Virus record (IMG/VR): IMGVR_UViG_3300009108_000480
Strand: one strand, 5' to 3'
Length of the DNA stretch: 64,000 nucleotides
Origin: a virus
Lineage: Duplodnaviria; Caudoviricetes
The notes under the pieces are model-generated. The model did not search any database. It was given only the letters and a program-made list of their open reading frames with translations, and had not been told where the DNA came from. The translations under genes were made by a program, and so were the position numbers. Below, piece by piece: positions 60,418-64,000 of the stretch. Position 1 is the stretch's first letter. Each line of letters starts with the position of its first letter.

Positions 60418-61484
60418 TGTTTGATATATCAAAACTAGCTGAATCAGGAGCAATTTCGGAAGATGTGCAAAAAAGCATCCAAGAAGCTTGGGATTCAAAA
60501 GTTAAAGAAAACAAAGAAACTGTAGGTGCTGAGTTAAGAGAAGAATTTGCTAAAAGATACGAGCATGACAAAGGAAACATGATCGAAGCAATCGATAAAA
60601 TGATGACTGAAAAGTTATCTGAAGAAATTAGCAAATTTATCGAAGATAGAAAAGCACTAGCACAGGAAAAAATATCCTACAAAGAAAACGTAGGCAAACA
60701 TTCAGCGAAACTTCAAGAATTTATAATGAAGAAACTTGCTGAAGAGTTAAAAGAACTACATAGCGACCGTAAAGGTGTTCATGAAAACTTTAGTAAATTA
60801 GAAGAGTTCGTTGTAAACGCACTTGCTAAGGAAATTAAAGAATTCCATGAAGACAAGAAAGGCGTTGTGGAAACGAAAGTTAAATTAGTAGCCGAAGCTA
60901 AAGCACAAATGGCTAAACTAAAAGAAGCTTTCATACAAAAATCTGCTAAAGTTGTAGAATCTGCAGTTAATAAAAAACTTGCTGAAGAATTAAGCACGTT
61001 GAAAGACGATATTACTACTGCAAGAACTGTAAACTTTGGCAAAAAAATATTCGAAGCGTTTGCTTCTGAGTATCAGAACTCATATTTAAATGAGAAATCT
61101 GAAACTGCGAAGCTATTAAAGATAGTTGATGAAACTACTCTTAAGTTAAAAGACGCTGAGAAGGCCGTCAATGAAAAAGACGCGGTGATTGAGTCGAAGA
61201 ATGCTGAGTCCAAAAGACAAGCAGACTTGATGGAACGCAAGGAAACGATGGCTGAATTGCTCAAACCATTGAGCAAACAAAAGGGTGAAGTAATGAGTCA
61301 ACTGTTAGAATCAGTTCAAACAGCGAACCTTCAAACTTCATTCGACAAGTATCTACCTCACGTGATGAACGATAAACCAATAGCGACTATCAAAACTGCA
61401 AAAGTTATGACAGAAGCAAAAGGTGAAAGATCACAAAGGGAAGATGCAGACTTAACAGATATTCGTAAATTAGCGGGTATTTAA
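60417..61484 (+). CDS. gp22: Major prohead scaffolding protein
   Basis: Coiled coil between the protease and the major capsid protein. Confidence 0.85.
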   Translation: MFDISKLAESGAISEDVQKSIQEAWDSKVKENKETVGAELREEFAKRYEHDKGNMIEAIDKMMTEKLSEEISKFIEDRKALAQEKISYKENVGKHSAKLQEFIMKKLAEELKELHSDRKGVHENFSKLEEFVVNALAKEIKEFHEDKKGVVETKVKLVAEAKAQMAKLKEAFIQKSAKVVESAVNKKLAEELSTLKDDITTARTVNFGKKIFEAFASEYQNSYLNEKSETAKLLKIVDETTLKLKDAEKAVNEKDAVIESKNAESKRQADLMERKETMAELLKPLSKQKGEVMSQLLESVQTANLQTSFDKYLPHVMNDKPIATIKTAKVMTEAKGERSQREDADLTDIRKLAGI

Positions 61485-61511
61485 CTATAAACTAAAAGGG
61501 GAAAGATACAA

Positions 61512-62681
61512 ATGTCAGAAATATTTGAATCTAAATGGGGTGAAACTAAATCAGCCCTAACTGAAGGTTTAGAAGGCAACAAGAAAAAAGTGATGGGTGT
61601 CATTTTAGAAAATACTAAAAGATACTTGTCAGAACAAGCTACTGCAGGTGCTACATCTGCCGGTAACGTTGCTACACTAAACAGAGTGATTCTTCCAGTA
61701 ATTAGACGGGTTATGCCGACTGTTATAGCTAACGAAATCGTTGGTGTACAGCCGATGACTGGTCCAGTTGGACAGATTCACACCTTGAGAATAAGATATG
61801 CAGATGCGGCAGGCGGAACAACGGCTGGCGAAGAAGCATTATCACCTTTCAAAATTGCGAGAGCATACTCTGGTAATGAAACTGAAGCTACACCTAAAGC
61901 GGCAACAACAGCGTCGAAAGAAGGTACAGCTGGTAACAGACTATCAATCCAGATCTTGAAACAACCGGTTGAAGCTAAATCTAGAAAACTATCAGCTAGA
62001 TGGACGTTTGAAGCGGCTCAAGATGCTCAAGCACAACAAGGTATAGACGTAGAAGCAGAAATAATGGCGGCTTTGGCTCAAGAAATTACAGCTGAAATCG
62101 ACCAAGAAGTTATTGGATCATTAAGAACATTGGCTGGAACAGCCGCTGAAACTTATGACCAATCAGCTGTTTCTGGTACTGCAACTTTTGTTGGTGACGA
62201 ACACGCGGCTTTGGCTGTGTTAATCAACAGAGTGGCAAACTTAATTGCAACAAGAACACGTAGAGGAGCTGGAAACTGGTCAGTAGTTTCTCCAACTGCT
62301 TTAACGATTCTTCAATCTGCAACAACATCAGCATTTGCTAGATCAACTGAAGGTACTTTCGAAGCACCTACTAACACAAAATTTGTTGGTACGTTAAACG
62401 CTTCAATGAGAGTATACGTTGACGCATATGCAGTTGATGGTACATCAGTACTAGTTGGCTATAAAGGAGCAAGTGAGGCAGACGCACCAGCGTTCTATTG
62501 TCCTTACATTCCTTTAATGTCTTCAGGAGTTGTACTTGATCCAGCTACTTTCGAACCAGTTGTTGGCTTTTTAACAAGATATGGATATGTAGAGTTAACA
62601 AACACTGCATCTTCACTTGGTAATGCGGCTGACTACGTAGGTTTAGTAGCGATCACTTCAGCAAACTTAAAATTTAAGTAA
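61512..62681 (+). CDS. gp23: Major capsid protein
   Basis: GVQPMTGPVGQI, SRKLSARWTFEAAQD, PAFYCPYIPL, TRYG motifs. Confidence 0.97.
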   Translation: MSEIFESKWGETKSALTEGLEGNKKKVMGVILENTKRYLSEQATAGATSAGNVATLNRVILPVIRRVMPTVIANEIVGVQPMTGPVGQIHTLRIRYADAAGGTTAGEEALSPFKIARAYSGNETEATPKAATTASKEGTAGNRLSIQILKQPVEAKSRKLSARWTFEAAQDAQAQQGIDVEAEIMAALAQEITAEIDQEVIGSLRTLAGTAAETYDQSAVSGTATFVGDEHAALAVLINRVANLIATRTRRGAGNWSVVSPTALTILQSATTSAFARSTEGTFEAPTNTKFVGTLNASMRVYVDAYAVDGTSVLVGYKGASEADAPAFYCPYIPLMSSGVVLDPATFEPVVGFLTRYGYVELTNTASSLGNAADYVGLVAITSANLKFK

Positions 62682-62711
62682 TCTTTTTATAGATTATTTT
62701 GAATCTTAGAG

Positions 62712-62736
62712 AAAGGCGGCTTCGGTCGCCTTTTTC
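62712..62736 (+). terminator. Intrinsic terminator after the major capsid gene
   Basis: AAAGGCGGC-TTCG-GTCGCCTTTTT (UUCG tetraloop). Confidence 0.88.
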
Positions 62737-62762
62737 TTTGGCCGAATTTTCAGACTTTAAAT

Positions 62763-63344
62763 ATGAATATGCGATATTGTTTTCATCATATACCAAAAAC
62801 AGGTGGCAGTACATTAAAAGCAAGATTAAATCATCGAGCATCAATTGGACAAATAGATAAATTTTCATATGCAATAGGACATAATATAAGTGTATCCACA
62901 CCTGGTAAGCACTATACATTATTAAGAAATCCTTTACACAGAGATATATCACATTTCAATTATGATTTTAATAAAAAAGAAAGCATAGCAAACACATTTG
63001 AAGAAAGTTGTAATAAAATGCATGGCAATTTTATGGTACTTTGGTTATATTCAAACTATCTAAAACAGTCAACTAACATACCAATTGAAGAAAAATATAA
63101 ACAAGTACAAACAATACTAAAAAATAATTTTTTAAAAATTTTTAATGCTGATAAATTTGAAAACTCATGGAAAGAAATTACAAAAATATTAAACATCGAT
63201 GTTGAACCAAGACTAAATTCCAATATATCTAATATAGATTATAACAAAATTGCAAAATATGAAAATTTATCTAACAAATTTAAAAAATGGCACAAACAAT
63301 ATAACCAGTATGATTATCTTCTTCATGAAGAATTTTGTATGTAG
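62763..63344 (+). CDS. Sulfotransferase-family protein
   Basis: FHHIPKTGGST (5'-phosphosulfate loop) and LLRNPLHRDISHFNY (3'-phosphate-binding motif). Confidence 0.75.
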   Translation: MNMRYCFHHIPKTGGSTLKARLNHRASIGQIDKFSYAIGHNISVSTPGKHYTLLRNPLHRDISHFNYDFNKKESIANTFEESCNKMHGNFMVLWLYSNYLKQSTNIPIEEKYKQVQTILKNNFLKIFNADKFENSWKEITKILNIDVEPRLNSNISNIDYNKIAKYENLSNKFKKWHKQYNQYDYLLHEEFCM

Positions 63345-63463
63345 TTAAAGATTTTTTTCACTTCGAACGACTTACAATCCAAATAGCGTAATATAACTTT
63401 AACAATTGTCTTTCTAAATAATTCTAAGATTCGATAGAATCTTATTATCAAGGGAGGTCCAAT

Positions 63464-63697
63464 ATGGATATCATGGTAAAGGTAAAAGGATGGGCAAAAG
63501 GATTAGCTGATGTAGGCGTAAGTCTAATAGCATTAGGAATCGTTTTAGAAATTCTTTTTAATGGTCAAGGTGTTCCGTTCTGGCCACATATTTCTGTAAT
63601 AGGAAATGTTCAGGGCGTACTTGCTGGCTTTTCAGATCAAGGTTTGGTCGGATTAGTAGCAATTTGGATTTTATATCATATCTACAATCGAAAATAA
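63464..63697 (+). CDS. Small membrane protein
   Basis: AGGGAGG Shine-Dalgarno; two hydrophobic segments; followed by its own terminator. Confidence 0.8.
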   Translation: MDIMVKVKGWAKGLADVGVSLIALGIVLEILFNGQGVPFWPHISVIGNVQGVLAGFSDQGLVGLVAIWILYHIYNRK

Positions 63698-63727
63698 TAT
63701 AATAATCTAGAAATACGTTAACCTCAG

Positions 63728-63770
63728 AGAGTGGTGTAACTACTTTTAATTTTACACCACTCTTTTTTTA
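63728..63770 (+). terminator. Intrinsic terminator
   Basis: AGAGTGGTGTAA / TTACACCACTCT 12-bp stem followed by a T-tract. Confidence 0.85.
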
Positions 63771-63790
63771 TTTTTTTTCATAAATATATA

Positions 63791-63872
63791 CAGTTCAAAC
63801 AGAGCTCCACTCAAGTGGAGACTTATGCGGAATTAACCGCGTAGCGAGTAGAACTCGCATTAGGCTCTGAAC
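63791..63872 (+). ncRNA. Candidate structured 5' leader (multi-stem junction)
   Basis: Three hairpins closed by CAGAGC/GCTCTG immediately before an AGGAG Shine-Dalgarno. Confidence 0.5.
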
Positions 63873-63884
63873 AGGAGAAAACAA

Positions 63885-64000
63885 ATGGGAAGACCAATCA
63901 AAAAAAGTAAATTTGTATCAAGTTTTGGTGGCACAACAGCGGCTAAAATTGCAGTAACTGGATATCGACCAAGTGGTGGATCTTTAGTTAGCTCATCTAT
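63885..64000 (+). CDS. Virion protein, 3'-truncated (MGRPIKKSKFVS...)
   Basis: AGGAG Shine-Dalgarno; ORF open to the window end. Confidence 0.65.
   Translation, partial: MGRPIKKSKFVSSFGGTTAAKIAVTGYRPSGGSLVSSS

Noticed and set aside
63791-63872. tRNA gene
   Set aside because: No TTCRA T-loop, GG D-loop, 7-nt anticodon loop or CCA; no tRNA was recognised anywhere in the window.
1-64000. Stop-codon reassignment or a diversity-generating retroelement
   Set aside because: Core genes are full length under the standard code, and no reverse transcriptase or template/variable repeat pair was seen.

Overview
AT-rich segment of a large T4-like myovirus genome (jumbo-phage-like gene order; host cannot be determined from this window). 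1-14.4 kb (minus strand): a dense cluster of tailoring enzymes. It holds a PLP-dependent enzyme missed by the ORF track, a NodU/CmcH-type carbamoyltransferase, an APS-kinase-like P-loop protein, two GCS-type SGNH proteins, five radical SAM enzymes with N-terminal Cys-rich auxiliary domains, and three glycosyltransferase-like proteins. 14.4-47 kb (minus): tail fibre/appendage genes and a baseplate module, including a 4537-aa wedge protein and gp6-, gp25-, gp5-, gp27-, gp53- and gp48/54-like genes. 47-51.2 kb (plus): gp55 late sigma factor, gp47/gp46 and a histone H1/Hc1-like gene. 51.2-53.7 kb: a GIY-YIG-like nuclease, a ~480-nt highly structured intergenic element, and a tail-chaperone gene pair joined by a predicted -1 frameshift. 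53.8-64 kb (plus): tape measure, portal, protease, scaffolds and major capsid protein, interrupted by a Maf/sialyltransferase-like gene and a sulfotransferase. Best leads: (1) the five-rSAM tailoring cluster plus scattered transferases, probably a virion glycan/protein decoration system; (2) the large structured intergenic element; (3) the lambda G/GT-like frameshift in a T4-like phage; (4) a Hint-processed Gly-rich protein with a hydrophobic C-terminus. All family assignments are from motif recognition by eye; no database search was run.
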